A stretch of DNA of 64,000 bases from Malacoraja senta (Eukaryota), in the NCBI GenBank assembly GCA_038087875.1, contig CM075991.1:1860001-1924000 (forward strand). The letters are read 5' to 3'. The notes beneath the pieces were generated by a model, which saw only the letters and a list, made by a program, of their open reading frames with translations, made no database searches and was not told the DNA's origin. Position 1 is the first letter of the stretch. The number at the start of each line of letters is the position of its first letter. The position numbers and the translations under genes were made by a program. This document shows positions 1-11,559 of the stretch, in pieces.

Positions 1-993
1 GCATAGATCTGCAAAATGCATATTATTCTGTGGCAATGCATGGTAATGATCAAAGATATTTGAAATTTAGATGGATGTCAGTTATGGCAATTTAAAGCAT
101 TGCCCAATGGTCTGATTTCAGCACCAAGATTATTCACTAAATTGCTCAAACCAATTTTAGCTCTGTTAAGAGCTGAGGGCCATGTATTAATGGTTTATTT
201 AGATGATATCCTCATTGTAGGGGACACTTTGGCTGCTGCAAAATTGTCAGTATCCAGTCAAATACATTTTGAGAAATTAGGTTTCATTATTCACCTACAA
301 AAATCTAAATTGTTACCAAGCAAAAAGATTGATTACCTAGGGTTCACAATTAACTCCGAACACATGGTAATCACTTTGCCAAAAGATAAAAAGCTGCAGT
401 TAATTGAAGGTTGCATAAAACTCATTAACGAGGGCACACCTTCAATCAGAGAAGTGGCAAGCTTGCTAGGCAAATTAATTGCAGGGTTTCCAGCGGTCAC
501 GTTTGGACCATTGCATTATCAATGTTTACAGAGAGCTAAGGTACAAGTGTTAAAAATGAATGGAGGGCATTTTGATAGGCCCATGAAATTAACAATTCAA
601 TCCATTACAGAAATAGAATGGTGGATTAACAATGTTTCTAATGCTTCCAGAAAAGTTCTGGTAGAAACACCTTCCGTCACTCGACAGACTGATGTAAGTG
701 CGCTGAGTTTGGGCGCTACTAACATGATTTCCAGCTGTGGAGGTAGGTGGAATGTGAAGAAGTACCTTTGCTGGAAAAACTGGGAATCAATTACCTAGAG
801 CTATTAGGCGCATTTTACGGCCTTAGAGCTTATTGCACTGATATGGGAAATGTGCATGTTCAGGTACAGGTTGACAATACTACAGTCTGTAGCATACATA
901 AATCACATGGGTGGTATAAAATCAGAATCATGTGATAAATTGGCAAATGAAATTTGGACCTGGGGTATTGCCAGAAAAATGTGGCTGTCAGCA
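1..993 (+). pseudogene. DIRS reverse transcriptase / RNase H, frameshifted
   Basis: ORF 100..798 has the YLDD motif and YLGFTINS. ORF 747..935 has RNase H motifs. The reading continues to WLSA just before the insertion and resumes as YLPGK after about 1876. Confidence 0.9.
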
Positions 994-1863
994 ATAGTAT
1001 AGTATAGTATTTTAATGACCACACAGCCAAGCTGGTGGAATTTTGGTTTGTCAGCAGCGATACAATAATAAGAACACACAACCTCAATAAAAAAATGTAA
1101 CACAAACATCCACCACATCATTCATCACTGTGGTGGAAGGCACAAAAATTTGGCCAATCCTCCTCCATTTCCCCTCCGTGAACAGGACCAGAGTCCAGAG
1201 TCAGTCCAGGATCGGCTCTTCCTCACCGGAGACCGCGGCTTTAAGTTGTTGTAGGCCGCAGGCCGGCTGTCGAGATTTAAAGTCTCCGCCGCAGCCAGAA
1301 GCACCGTAGACTGCAGGGCCGGCGGTCGAAGCTCCCCTGCAGGGGTGTTGGTAAGTCCATGCCGGCCCCGCGGTAGAAGTTGGCCGCGGGCCGGCAGTGA
1401 TGGCTTCTTCTTCCCCCCCGGGTCCCCCACGAGGGATCCCGGGCTGTGGACGCCGCACCAGCTGGAGCTCTGCAGACCGCGACTTCAGGCTGCGACTTCA
1501 GGCTGCCGGCTGCCCCGGGCCAGCGAAACAGAGCGCTCCCCTCCAGCGAGGGCTCACCCGCTCCACGCCGAGAGTCCACGCTGCGCCCGCAGCTGAAGCC
1601 CCGGGCGCGTCTCCGGGAAAGGCCGCGCCGATCCTTGATGTTAGGCCACGGGGGAGGCGACCCGGAAAAAGTCGCCTCTCCATGGAGGAGGCGACCGAAG
1701 CGGTTTCCCCCTTACCCCCTTACCCCCCCACCATCCCCCACACAAGACACACAAAGAAACACAAAATACATACTTTAAAACATACTAAAAAATAAGAAAA
1801 AGTTGAAAAAACTGACACGCTGCTGACATGGCCGCTGCCCAGAGCAGCGCCCCCTACCCGGAT
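994..1863 (-). mobile_element. GC-rich non-autonomous retroposon with LINE-type 3' tail, inserted in DIRS RNase H
   Basis: Minus strand ends in (ACTAT)n. It shares GGGAAACCG, GGCCTAACATC and GCCTTCCAYCACAGTGA plus a hairpin with 17265-18045, and it splits the DIRS reading frame. Confidence 0.8.
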
Positions 1864-1945
1864 TTTTACCAGGTATATTTACCAGGTAAAATTTAATACA
1901 ATTGCAGACAAAAGATCACGTAAATTTAATGATAATACAGAATGG

Positions 1946-2388
1946 ATGTTAAATCGGAAAATATTCACACAAATTATCACACAATTTGGAATGCCAGAAA
2001 TTGATCGGTTTGCATCAAGATTGAACCACCAGTTGCCTAAGTATGTGTCATGGGAACCTGATCCTGGAGCAGTAGTGGTGGATGCTTTCTCGCTACATTG
2101 GGGTGGTTTGTTTCTGTATGTTTTTCCACCATTTTGTTTAATCCACAAATGCATACAGAAAATTAAACAAGATTCAGCCTCAGGGATTTTGGTAGTACCT
2201 GATTGGCCTACACAGGTATGGTACCCACTGGTGTTAAAAATGGAGGGAAAAAAAAAAAAAAAGAAGAAGTAAAAAAAAAAAAAACCCTTATGGTTATTCC
2301 AAAACAGATTAAACTGCTTGTACACCCTGTGACTAATGAATCACATCCTTTACATAATCGTATTGGTTTGTTGATTTGCAGATTCTAA
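1946..2388 (+). pseudogene. DIRS DNA N6-adenine methyltransferase-like (Dam-type) domain
   Basis: PEIDRFASRLNHQL...VDAFSLHW...LYVFPPF...LVVPDWPTQVWYP, the MT domain typical of DIRS1 pol. An A-rich run at 2248-2284 disrupts it. Confidence 0.85.
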
Positions 2389-2399
2389 GAAGGCCATAT

Positions 2400-3343
2400 C
2401 TTGGAAAAGGATTATCAGACCGTACGGTGGATGTTATGACAGCAGCCTGGAGGAATAGTACCCAGAAGCAGTACATTTCCTATATAAAGAAATGGGAGGT
2501 GAAACAGCAGAAATTTCAGATGTAATAGAGTTTCTTTCAACTCTACACTATGAATTGAAATTAAGTTATAGTGCAATTAATACTGCACGAAGTGCACTCC
2601 CTGCATATTTAAGCAGTGAATCAGAACAAACTCCAATTGGAGCACATCCTTGGGTCTGTAGGTTTATGAAAGGAATTTTCAACTCTAATCCTCCCAGACC
2701 CAGGTATACAGAAATTTGGAATGTAAAAGATGTACTGATGTTCCTAAGAAATTGGAATCCAGTTGAAACTCTGTCATTATCCAAAATTACCATGACATTG
2801 GTTATACTCATGGCATTAGTTTCAGCGCAGAGAGTTCAAACATTACAGAAACTCAGAATTGATAGAATGAAAGTAGGGCAAAATGCCGTGACATTCTATG
2901 TGTATGATTTACTGAAGCAAAGTAGACCTGGGTTCACAGGATGCAAGTTGGAATTTTTAGCATATCCTACAGATTCACGACTGTGTGTAGTCACATATGT
3001 GAAATGTTACATAGAAACAACAAAAGTTTTAAGAGGCGCCGAATTGGCATTTTTTATTAGTCATAAAAAGCCTCATAAGAAAGTGTGAACACAAACAATT
3101 TCACGATGGTTGAAACAGGTGTTGAGATATTCAGGTATTGATACTGATAAATTTAAATCTCATTCCACCAGGGCGGCATCAACATCAGCGGCCAGGGATT
3201 CAGACGTGCTAATAGACCTTATTCTCATGGCCGCAGGATGGGCAAGTGAACAGATGTTTCACAAGTATTACCACAAGGAGATTAAAGATCTCAGAGGGTT
3301 TGGTAATGCCGTGCTGGATACAGTATTAAACCCCCCATTATAA
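2400..3343 (+). pseudogene. DIRS tyrosine recombinase (one internal stop, one frameshift)
   Basis: N-terminal AAWRNSTQKQYISYIKKW and LSYSAINTARSAL. Catalytic R (SAQR), K (LKQSRP), HSTR, AGW and FHKYY are present. TGA at 3086-3088. Confidence 0.9.
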
Positions 3344-3479
3344 TAAATGGGCCTAATTTTGTTACTTTTATTAAAATAAATAAAACCATTAACTGATTAC
3401 ATTCAAATGTTGTGGTTATGCATTGTTGATTGTGCTTACTCAAATGCAGTGAACACCTGGATTTGAATCCACGGTGTGA

Positions 3480-3768
3480 AATCGCAGAGCTTTGAAATCT
3501 TCACGTAGTCACTCACGTGACTCCGAAGTAAAATAGTAAGATTAAACGAGAACTTACCAAGTTTGAAGTTTGATCTTTATTTTATGAGGAGTAATGTTGA
3601 GGGATTACGTGCCCTCCGCTCCCACCCTCATAAAAGGATCAAGCTGGTAGTTCTAAGTCTTTATGCATCTTACTATCATACTTCAGTAATTATCGTCTGT
3701 GATTGTCACTCCGCTGCTTTGAAAGATTGACGCGTGTGCGGCTGGACGGGGCTTCTTCACGTAATCCC
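3480..3768 (+). repeat. DIRS internal complementary region / right terminal repeat (truncated)
   Basis: GGGATTACGTG (3601-3611) is the reverse complement of CACGTAATCCC (3758-3768). TCTTCACGTA recurs at about 3499 and 3754. Confidence 0.7.
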
Positions 3769-3800
3769 GCGTACTTTCTTACCTGTTAAAAACCGCCGAA

Positions 3801-4011
3801 ATGGTCAATTTTGTCACTGTAAATAATTGTGGAAATCGGGGGAGACATTTATCCTACTTCAGAATTCCAAAAGTGAGGAGAAATGTTCGTAGAGAGAAGC
3901 GACGGGTGAAGGAACAACAACAGCTAAAGTGGTTGGCGAACATTGGCCGTGCAGATATCAAGATTGAAAATATTGGGAATTATCACGTTTGCTCACAGCA
4001 TTTCATCAACA
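3801..4011 (+). pseudogene. THAP zinc-finger exon of a DNA transposon (duplicated copy)
   Basis: MVNFVTVNNC...SYFRIP...KW...HVCSQHF followed by donor GTGAGG. The first Cys is lost. Confidence 0.8.
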
Positions 4012-4242
4012 GTGAGGCATTATTTGTGTTTCTTCTTGATTCCTTTAGTATCTAAAAAGTTTCAGAAGTGATAAATCTGACCGTAAAATGTTAAAATCGC
4101 CCATGGTTCTCAAGTGGGTTTTTACATGCAAATAGAAAACGCTTCTGAAGCCAAATTTATCGTTTAAAAAATCTCCAGACTTACCAATGGTGTGTGGGAA
4201 AGTAAGTTTTCTATCATTATGCTATTGAGATATATATTTTGG

Positions 4243-5113
4243 CAAATAATAAAATAATAAAATAATAAGTTAAACAAGATATACTCAGACCAAGTTATAA
4301 AACTTTATCAACATACAAAACAATTAAATTTTGAATTTGATGATAAACCACAAAAACTAATAGCGCGTCAACTTTGTAAACTGGACGGGGAAAAAACAAT
4401 TTACAAAATTAGATCAGACAAGGGAGAAACATTAACACTGCCTAAAGATATTAATGATAGATTTTTACAATACTATCAAAAACTGTACTCATCTAAAACG
4501 ACAGAACAATCAGCAGGAATGGAAAAATTTCTACAGAAATGTAATCTTACGGGTTTAGACCAGAAAGAGAGAGAATCACTGGATGCTGAAATTACGGTAA
4601 AAGACATAGAAGAGTCAATTAGATCATTAAAAAACGGAAAGGCCGCAGGTCCTGATGGTCTAAGCTCTGAATTTTATTAAAAATTTATGAACTGATTTCT
4701 CCACGCCTACAGACACTGTACAAATACGCTTACACTCAACAGAAACTCCCAGAAACTCTAAATGAATCTACAATCATACTTATACCAAAAACGGATAAGG
4801 ATCCTGAAGACCCAGGTTCATATAGAACAATAGCTCTCTTAAATACTGATCAGAAAATATTAACCAAAATCCTATCTCATAGATTGAGCTTAGTGATTAA
4901 CAAATTAATACACCCCGACCAAACAGGTTTTATTCCAAAATGTTACTCATTCTATGATCTGAGAAGACTATTCAATATTATATACTCAAATAGAATTCCT
5001 AATGCAGATCTAGCAATTATTTCGTTAGATGCTGAAAAAGCATTTGACCAGGTAGAATGGTCATGTTTATTTTCGGTAATGGAAAAATTTCAACTGGGAG
5101 AGAAGTACTGTAC
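4243..5113 (+). mobile_element. L1 ORF2 fragment (duplicated copy)
   Basis: GKAAGPDG, SYRTIALLNTDQKILTKILS, IHPDQTGFIP, SLDAEKAFDQVEW. Confidence 0.9.
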
Positions 5114-5500
5114 CAGGGCTCCAAATTAGAGGTTGCCCGGGTGCCACTGACCACTCAAAGCGCCGCCGGGCAACCTAAACACCGAGTCATTTTGCCCGGC
5201 TTGGCAACCAGATACTGGTTTGTACCGAAGAAAGACACAAAAAACTGGAGTAACTCCGCGGGTCAGGCAGCATCTCTGGAGAAAAGGAACGCAATGTTTG
5301 TATCGGCGGTGACGGCTGTATTGCGGGGCAAAGATACTAGGTGCGGGGTGAGGAAGGGTCGGAGTGAATGACGGGCTTCGCACAGCGGCAGCAGCGGCCG
5401 CGACAGCGGCTCCATCTCCTCCTCCTCCCGCACCCACCCGCCCTGATAAGGGCCTCTGCTTGGAAACCCGCGAGCAGCAATAACCGCTTTCGAAACAAAC

Positions 5501-7000
5501 AATCTCCCAGATGTACTGGAGGACAGAGGATCTAAGGGGGTAGAGGAACGGAAATACATTTTCATCAGGCGAGAAATAGTATTGGGTAGACTAATGGGAC
5601 TGAAGGATAATAAATCCCCTGGGCCTGATGGTCTGCATCCCAGGGTCCTCAGGGAGGTGGCACTAGAAATAGTGGACGCATTGGTGATCATTTTCCAATG
5701 TTCAATAGATTCAGGATCAGTTCCTGTGGATTGGAGGATCGCTAATGTTTCAAGAAAGGAGCGAGAGAGAAAACAGGGAATTACAGACCAGTTAGCCTGA
5801 CTTCGGTGGTGGGAAAGATGCTGGAGTCAATTATTAAAGAGGTAATAATGGGGCATTTGGATAGCAGTAAAAGGATTAGTCCAAGTCAACATGGATTTCT
5901 GAAAGGGAAATCATGCATGACTAATCTTCTGGAATATTTTGAGGATGTGACAAGTAAAATGGATGAAGGGGTTCCAGTGGATGTAGTATATCTAGACTTT
6001 CAGAAAGCCTTTGATAAGGTCCCGCACGGGAGACTGGTAACTAAAATTAGAGCACATGGTATTGGGGATAGAGTGTTGACATGAACAGAAAATTGGTTGG
6101 CAGACAGGAAGCAAAGAGTAGGATTAAACGGGTCCTTTTCAGAATGGCAGGCAGTGGCGAGTGGAGTGCCGCAAGGCTCGGTGTTGGGGCCGCAACAGTT
6201 TACCATATATATTAATGATTTGGAAGAGGGAATTAGGAGCAACACTAGCAAGTTTCCGGATGACACAAGCTGAGTGGCAGGGTGACCTTGTACACCGGTC
6301 ACTGAAAGTTGGCTTACAGGTACAGCAGGCAGTGAAGAAAGCTAATGGAATGTTGGCCTTCATAACAAGAGGATTTCAGTATAGGAGTAAAGAGGTTCTT
6401 CTGCAGTTGTATAGGGCTCTGGTGAGACCACATCTGGAGTATTGTGTACAGTTTTAGTCTCCTAATTTGAGGAAGGACAACCTTGTGATTGAGGCAGTGC
6501 AGCGTAGGTTCACGAGATTGATCCCTGGGATGGCGGGACTGTCATATGTGGAAAGATTGAAAAGACTAGGCTTGTATTCACGGGAGTTTAGAAGAATGAG
6601 GGGGGATCTTATAGAAACATATAACATTATAAAAGGACTGCAGCAATATAGATGCAGGAAAATGCAGGAAAAATGTTCCCAATGTTGGGCGAGTCCAGAA
6701 CCAGGGGCCACAGTCTAAGAATAAAGGGGAGGTAATTTAAGACTGAGGTGAGAAAAAAAAAATTTACCCAGAGAGTTGTGAATTTATGGAATTCCCTGCC
6801 ACAGAGGGCAGTGGAAGCCAAATCACTGGATGGATTTAAGAGAGAGTTTGATAGAGCTCCAGGGGCTAGTGGAATCAGGGAGGGGAGAAGGCAGGCACGG
6901 GTTATTGATAGGGGACGATCAGCCATGATCACAATGAATGGCGGTGCTGGATCGAAGGGCCGAATGGCCTCCTCCTGCACCTATTTTCCATGTTCCTATG
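5501..7000 (+). mobile_element. CR1-clade LINE (HER1-like), 5'-truncated, internally deleted RT plus 3' tail
   Basis: KSPGPDGLHPRVL, SQHGF, YLDFQKAFDKVPH, LVRPHLEYCVQF. Tail ATGGCCTCCTCCTGCACCTA. Confidence 0.92.
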
Positions 7001-8009
7001 AGCTACCCCACCCCCTCTGCCCACTTGTCTGTGATTTGGATAGGATGTGTAACATTGCATATTCCATTCCCAGCTCTTATCCTCTTTCATCCACATCTCT
7101 GTGATGCCCACAAAGTCGTACCTACAAACTTCTATCTGAGCTATAAGCTCATCCACTTTCTTCCATATAATGTGGGCATTTGAATCTAACAATTTTAGTT
7201 CAGTATTCACTCCCCTTCTTCTCACATTGGTCCCCATTTTGCCTGACCTTAGGCACTTACCCCTACTTAAACTTTCTGCCCCTTACTTCGAGACTCTTCA
7301 GCAATTCCTCCTGCAATTTCCCTCCCTTCAGCTTCATCTGCACATTTCCAATTTGTTAACCCCTCCCTTTCCTCCCACTATTTACGGCCTACGGCCGCAG
7401 TTATGCGCTTCCCCAGGACCCTGGTACCAGCAGGGTTCAACTGGGGTCCGTCCATCGCAACATTTCCCTCCTTCCCCAATACTGATGCCAATGACCCCTA
7501 ATTCAAATCCGGGTTGGGTACGGACCATTCTTCAGACTGTAAGATGGGCTTTTGTCAGAACCAGGGAGGTGCAAACCTCACAGTGGCCTTCTGCCAAACA
7601 GTCACAGAAGACATTATCCATAATGAGACGAGAGAGACGGTGAAGGATATAAAGGCAATCTCCTAAGCTCTCACTTTCAAAGACAGTTTTCCATCTTTTC
7701 ATAAGTAGCTGGACATTACTGATGATTTCGACAATGCTCATTTCTGTTCTAATTTCCCAAAGGAGTGATGCAAAGCCTTGATAGGAATCAGGCGAGCACT
7801 CATGCTGGCGCATAGCTTTCATACCACACAAGTGCCAGCACTACAGTGAGTGAAGCTCTAGCCATCTCGCTTTGACAGTCTGAGCCGCTACATCACAGTA
7901 TCTGTAACATGGGAGCAAAGTGACCAAAGCTGAACCAGACATTGCACATAAATGCAGTGGCTAAAACACCGGGTGAGAATTTACTTCAATGGAGCCAAAT
8001 GACTCAACA

Positions 8010-8485
8010 AGGACAGCAGATAGACACAAAAAGCTGGAGTAACTCAGTGGGACAGGCACTATCTCTGTAGAGAAGGAATAGGTGACCAAGAAACTCGATC
8101 CAAAACGTCACCCATTTCTTCTATACAGAGATGCTGCTTCTCTCACTGAGTTACTCCAGCTTTTTGTGTCTATTCTCAGCATCTGCAGTTCCTGCTTACA
8201 CAAAGAACTGCAGCTGCTGGTTTAAATAAAAAATAAACACAAAAAGCTGGAGAAACTCAGTGGGTCAGGCAGCATGTGTAAGAAAGAACTGCACATGCTG
8301 GTAAAATCAAAGGTAGACACAAAATGCTGGTGTAACTCAACGGGTAAGGCATCATCTCTGACGAGAAGGAATGGGTGACATTTCGGGTCTGAAGAAGGGT
8401 CTCGACCCGAAACGTCACCCACTCCTTCTCTCCAGAGATGCTGCCCGTCCCGCTGAGTTACTCCAGCTTTTTGAGTCTATCTGTT
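8010..8485. mobile_element. Penelope-like pseudo-LTR fragments in inverted arrangement, with hammerhead-like core
   Basis: GCTGGAGTAACTCAG / CTGAGTTACTCCAGC inverted pairs. CTGAAGA-AGGGTCTCGACCC-GAAA-CGTC at 8389-8416. Confidence 0.7.
8385..8420 (+). ncRNA. Minimal type-I hammerhead ribozyme motif (PLE-associated)
   Basis: Stem I GGGU/ACCC, core CUGAAGA, stem II GGGU-CUCG-ACCC, GAAA, palindromic ACGU helix III, GUC cleavage triplet. Confidence 0.6.
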
Positions 8486-8764
8486 GGCTCCTCAACATCT
8501 TTCTATCGTATAAAAGGCAGCGTTCAGGAATGTCCAGGAAGGCTTTCATGGGTCAACTCTGATAATACTCAGGAAGTTTGAGAACAAATCAGGGGAAAGC
8601 AGTTCACTTACTGACCCCATATCCAGCACCATAACCATTTCCTCTAGCACATTATCCGTTCATTCGCTCTGTGACTACGACACTTCATTTCAGCCTGAAC
8701 GAATTGCATTGCACTTTCTCTGCCAGGTTAATGAAGATGCAGACCTTCCATAGAATAATAGACA

Positions 8765-9180
8765 TAGAAACCGGGAGGGGGGAGCTGCTGTGCTGGCCTC
8801 TGCTCGTCTGCTGGAGGATGGAGCCAGTGATGTACGGGCGAAGAGCAAGGCCAGTTGGAGAGGAAAGGAGAGGGAACCAGGGTCTGGCTTACCCCACCCT
8901 CGTGATCGGCTGCGGGAGGCACCCTGGGCTACAAAGGACGGGTGAAGAGAGTGACGTGGCGTCCAAGGTCGGAGGCGGCTGGAGGCCAGCAACAGCCTGG
9001 GACTTGCCTGGAACAGGCACCGCTCGTTAGAACTAGAGCCTGGATTTTGAACATGGCGCCAGAACATGGCTCCTCCTGCATGTGGCTCGGTAGATGATTC
9101 CTGTACACTTGCTAATTGGGGATCGGAGGTATGGTATTACTCCACTTGACTGTTTGTAAGGAAAATAATTTCACTCTGTT
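8765..9180 (+). mobile_element. GC-rich non-autonomous retroposon fragment with LINE-type tail
   Basis: GGATTTTGAACATGGCGCC motif and AATTTCAC tail resemble 35464-35905. Confidence 0.5.
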
Positions 9181-9463
9181 AACAACTAATATATCTGACA
9201 ATAAAACGCACTATTGATGAGAGACGGCAGATGATGGAACCTGGTGCAAAAAAAAACTGCTGGAGCATCTCAGAGGGTGGAGCAGCATCTGTGGGGGAGG
9301 GGAACTGCGGATGTTCGGGGTCGAGCCCCTGCAGCAGGACTGAGAGTGTTGATAATAGGGGGGTTGCATGTAAGGTCATCGGGTCAAAGGGCATGACGCA
9401 CGGAGCAGCTCAACCCGTCTGGAGGACATAGCAGCCTACGGCACACACTTTTAACACACAAAA

Positions 9464-11193
9464 CGCGTACTTTCTTACCTGTTAAAAACCGCCGAAATGG
9501 TCAATTTTGTCACTGTAAATAATTGTGGAAATCGGGGGATACATTTATCCTACTTCAGAATTCCAAAAGTGAGGAGAAATGTTGGTAGAGAGAAGCGACG
9601 GGTGAAGGAACAACAACAGCTAAAGTGGTTGGCGAACATTGGCCGTGCAGATATCAAGATTGAAAATATTGGGAATTATCACGTTTGCTCACAGCATTTC
9701 ATCAACAGTGAGGCATTATTTGTGTTTCTTCTTGATTCCTTTAGAATCTAAAAAGTTTCAGAAGTGATAAATCTGACCGTAAAATGTTAAAATCGCCCAT
9801 GGTTCTCAAGTGGGTTTTTACATGCAAATAGAAAACGCTTCTGAAGCCAAATTTATCGTTTAAAAAATCTCCAGACTTACCAATGGTGTGTGGGAAAGTA
9901 AGTTTTCTATCATTATGCTATTGAGATATATATTTTGGCAAATAATAAAATAATAAAATAATAAGTTAAACAAGATATACTCAGACCAAGTTATAAAACT
10001 TGATCAACATACAAAACAATTAAATTTTGAATTTGATGATAAACCACAAAAACTAATAGCGCATCAACTTTGTAAACTGGACGGGGAAAAAACAATTTAC
10101 AAAATTAGATCAGACAAGGGAGAAACATTAACACTGCCTAAAGATATTAATGATAGATTTTTACAATACTATCAAAAACTGTACTCATCTAAAACGACAG
10201 AACAATCAGCAGGAATGGAAAAATTTCTACAGAAATGTAATCTTACGGGTTTAGACCAGAAAGAGAGAGAATCACTGGATGCTGAAATTACGGTAAAAGA
10301 CATCGAAGAGTCAATTAGATCATTAAAAACGGAAAGGCCGCAGGTCCTGATGGTCTAAGCTCTGAATTTTATTAAAAATTTATGAACTGATTTCTCCACG
10401 CCTACAGACACTGTACAAATACGCTTACACTCAACAGAAACTCCCTGAAACTCTAAATGAATCTACAGTCATACTTATACCAAAACGGATAAGGATCCTG
10501 AAGACCCAGGTTCATATAGAACAATAGCTCTCTTAAATACTGATCAGAAAATATTAACCAAAATCCTATCTCATAGATTGAGCTTAGTGATTAACAAATT
10601 AATACACCCGACCAAACAGGTTTTATTCCAAAATGTTACTCATTCTATGATCTGAGAAGACTATTCAATATTATATACTCAAATAGAATTCCTAATGCAG
10701 ATCTAGCAATTATTTCGTTAGATGCTGAAAAAGCATTTGACCAGGTAGAATGGTCATGTTTATTTTCGGTAATGGAAAAATTTCAACTGGGAGAGAAGTA
10801 CTGTACCAGGGCTCCAAATTAGAGGTTGCCCGGGTGCCACTGACCACTCAAAGCGCCGCCGGGCAACCTAAACACCGAGTCATTTTGCCCGGCTTGGCAA
10901 CCAGATACTGGTTTGTACCGAAGATAGACACAAAAAACTGGAGTAACTCCGCGGGTCAGGCAGCATCTCTGGAGAAAAGGAACGCAATGTTTGTATCGGC
11001 GGTGACGGCTGTATTGCGGGGCAAAGATACTAGGTGCGGGGTGAGGAAGGGTCGGAGCGAATGACGGGCTTCGCACAGCGGCAGCAGCGGCCGCGACAGC
11101 GGCTCCATCTCCTCCTCCTCCCGCACCCACCCGCCCTGATAAGGGCCTCTGCTTGCAAACCCGCGAGCAGCGATAACCGCTTTCGAAACAAAC
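9464..11193 (+). repeat. Segmental duplication copy B
   Basis: Near-identical to 3768-5500 and embedded in intact context on both sides. Confidence 0.95.
9497..9707 (+). pseudogene. THAP exon, left arm
   Basis: ORF 9497..9751 with NNC...FRIP...W...VCSQHF, then a GT donor. Confidence 0.8.
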
Positions 11194-11397
11194 CCTCCCG
11201 CACTCCGAGGCCGGGAGCAGGGAAGGAGGGAGGGGGAGGCCTCGGCGTGCGGGAGTGTTTGTTTTGAAAGCGGTTAACGCTGTTAGCGGGTTTGCAAGCA
11301 GAGGCCCTTATCAGGGCGGGCGGGGGGCGGGAGGAGGAGATGGAACCGCTGTCGCGGCCGCTGCTGCCGCTGTGCGAGGCCCGTCATTCGCTCCGAC
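11051..11397. repeat. Long GC-rich inverted repeat (about 160-bp arms, about 25-nt loop)
   Basis: GTCGGAGCGAATGACGGG...CCGAGGCC (to 11212) pairs with GGCCTCGG (11238)...CCCGTCATTCGCTCCGAC. Confidence 0.92.
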
Positions 11398-11559
11398 TCG
11401 TCTGAAGCAGCTGCACCAAAGATCTTATAGCTATAGGATCTTTGAGCTGCAACGCCCGGCCCCGCACCTTGCTGTTGACTGGCGGAGGAGGGAGGCGGTG
11501 GCGAGGAGTTCCCAACGGCCAAGGCAGCGGGGCAATGTTGTCCGAGGAGCGCTGACCTT

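Larger units (their letters stand above)
1..3768 (+). mobile_element. DIRS1-like tyrosine-recombinase retrotransposon, degenerate. The 5' part lies outside the window, it is interrupted at 994-1863, and the 3' terminus is truncated
   Basis: Domain order RT (APRLFTKLL...VYLDDIL), RNase H (INYLELL...VQVDNTT), Dam-like MTase (IDRFAS...YVFPPF...VVPDWPTQVWYP), YR (SAQR...LKQSRP...HSTR...AGW...KYY), then a terminal region with internal complementarity. Confidence 0.93.
3768..5500 (+). repeat. Segmental duplication copy A (THAP arm + L1 ORF2 fragment + left part of hAT-like element)
   Basis: Colinear with 9464-11193, roughly 15 differences by eye over about 1.73 kb. Confidence 0.95.

Noticed and set aside
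1125..1795. Several overlapping GC-rich ORFs
   Set aside because: Low-complexity products from a stop-poor non-coding repeat, with no domain motifs
7530..7905. Possible degenerate second SRCR exon on the minus strand (LRLS, WLELH, RQHEC, MDNVFC after an acceptor-like site)
   Set aside because: Motifs fall in different frames, spacing does not fit SRCR, and stops are present. Would need a profile search
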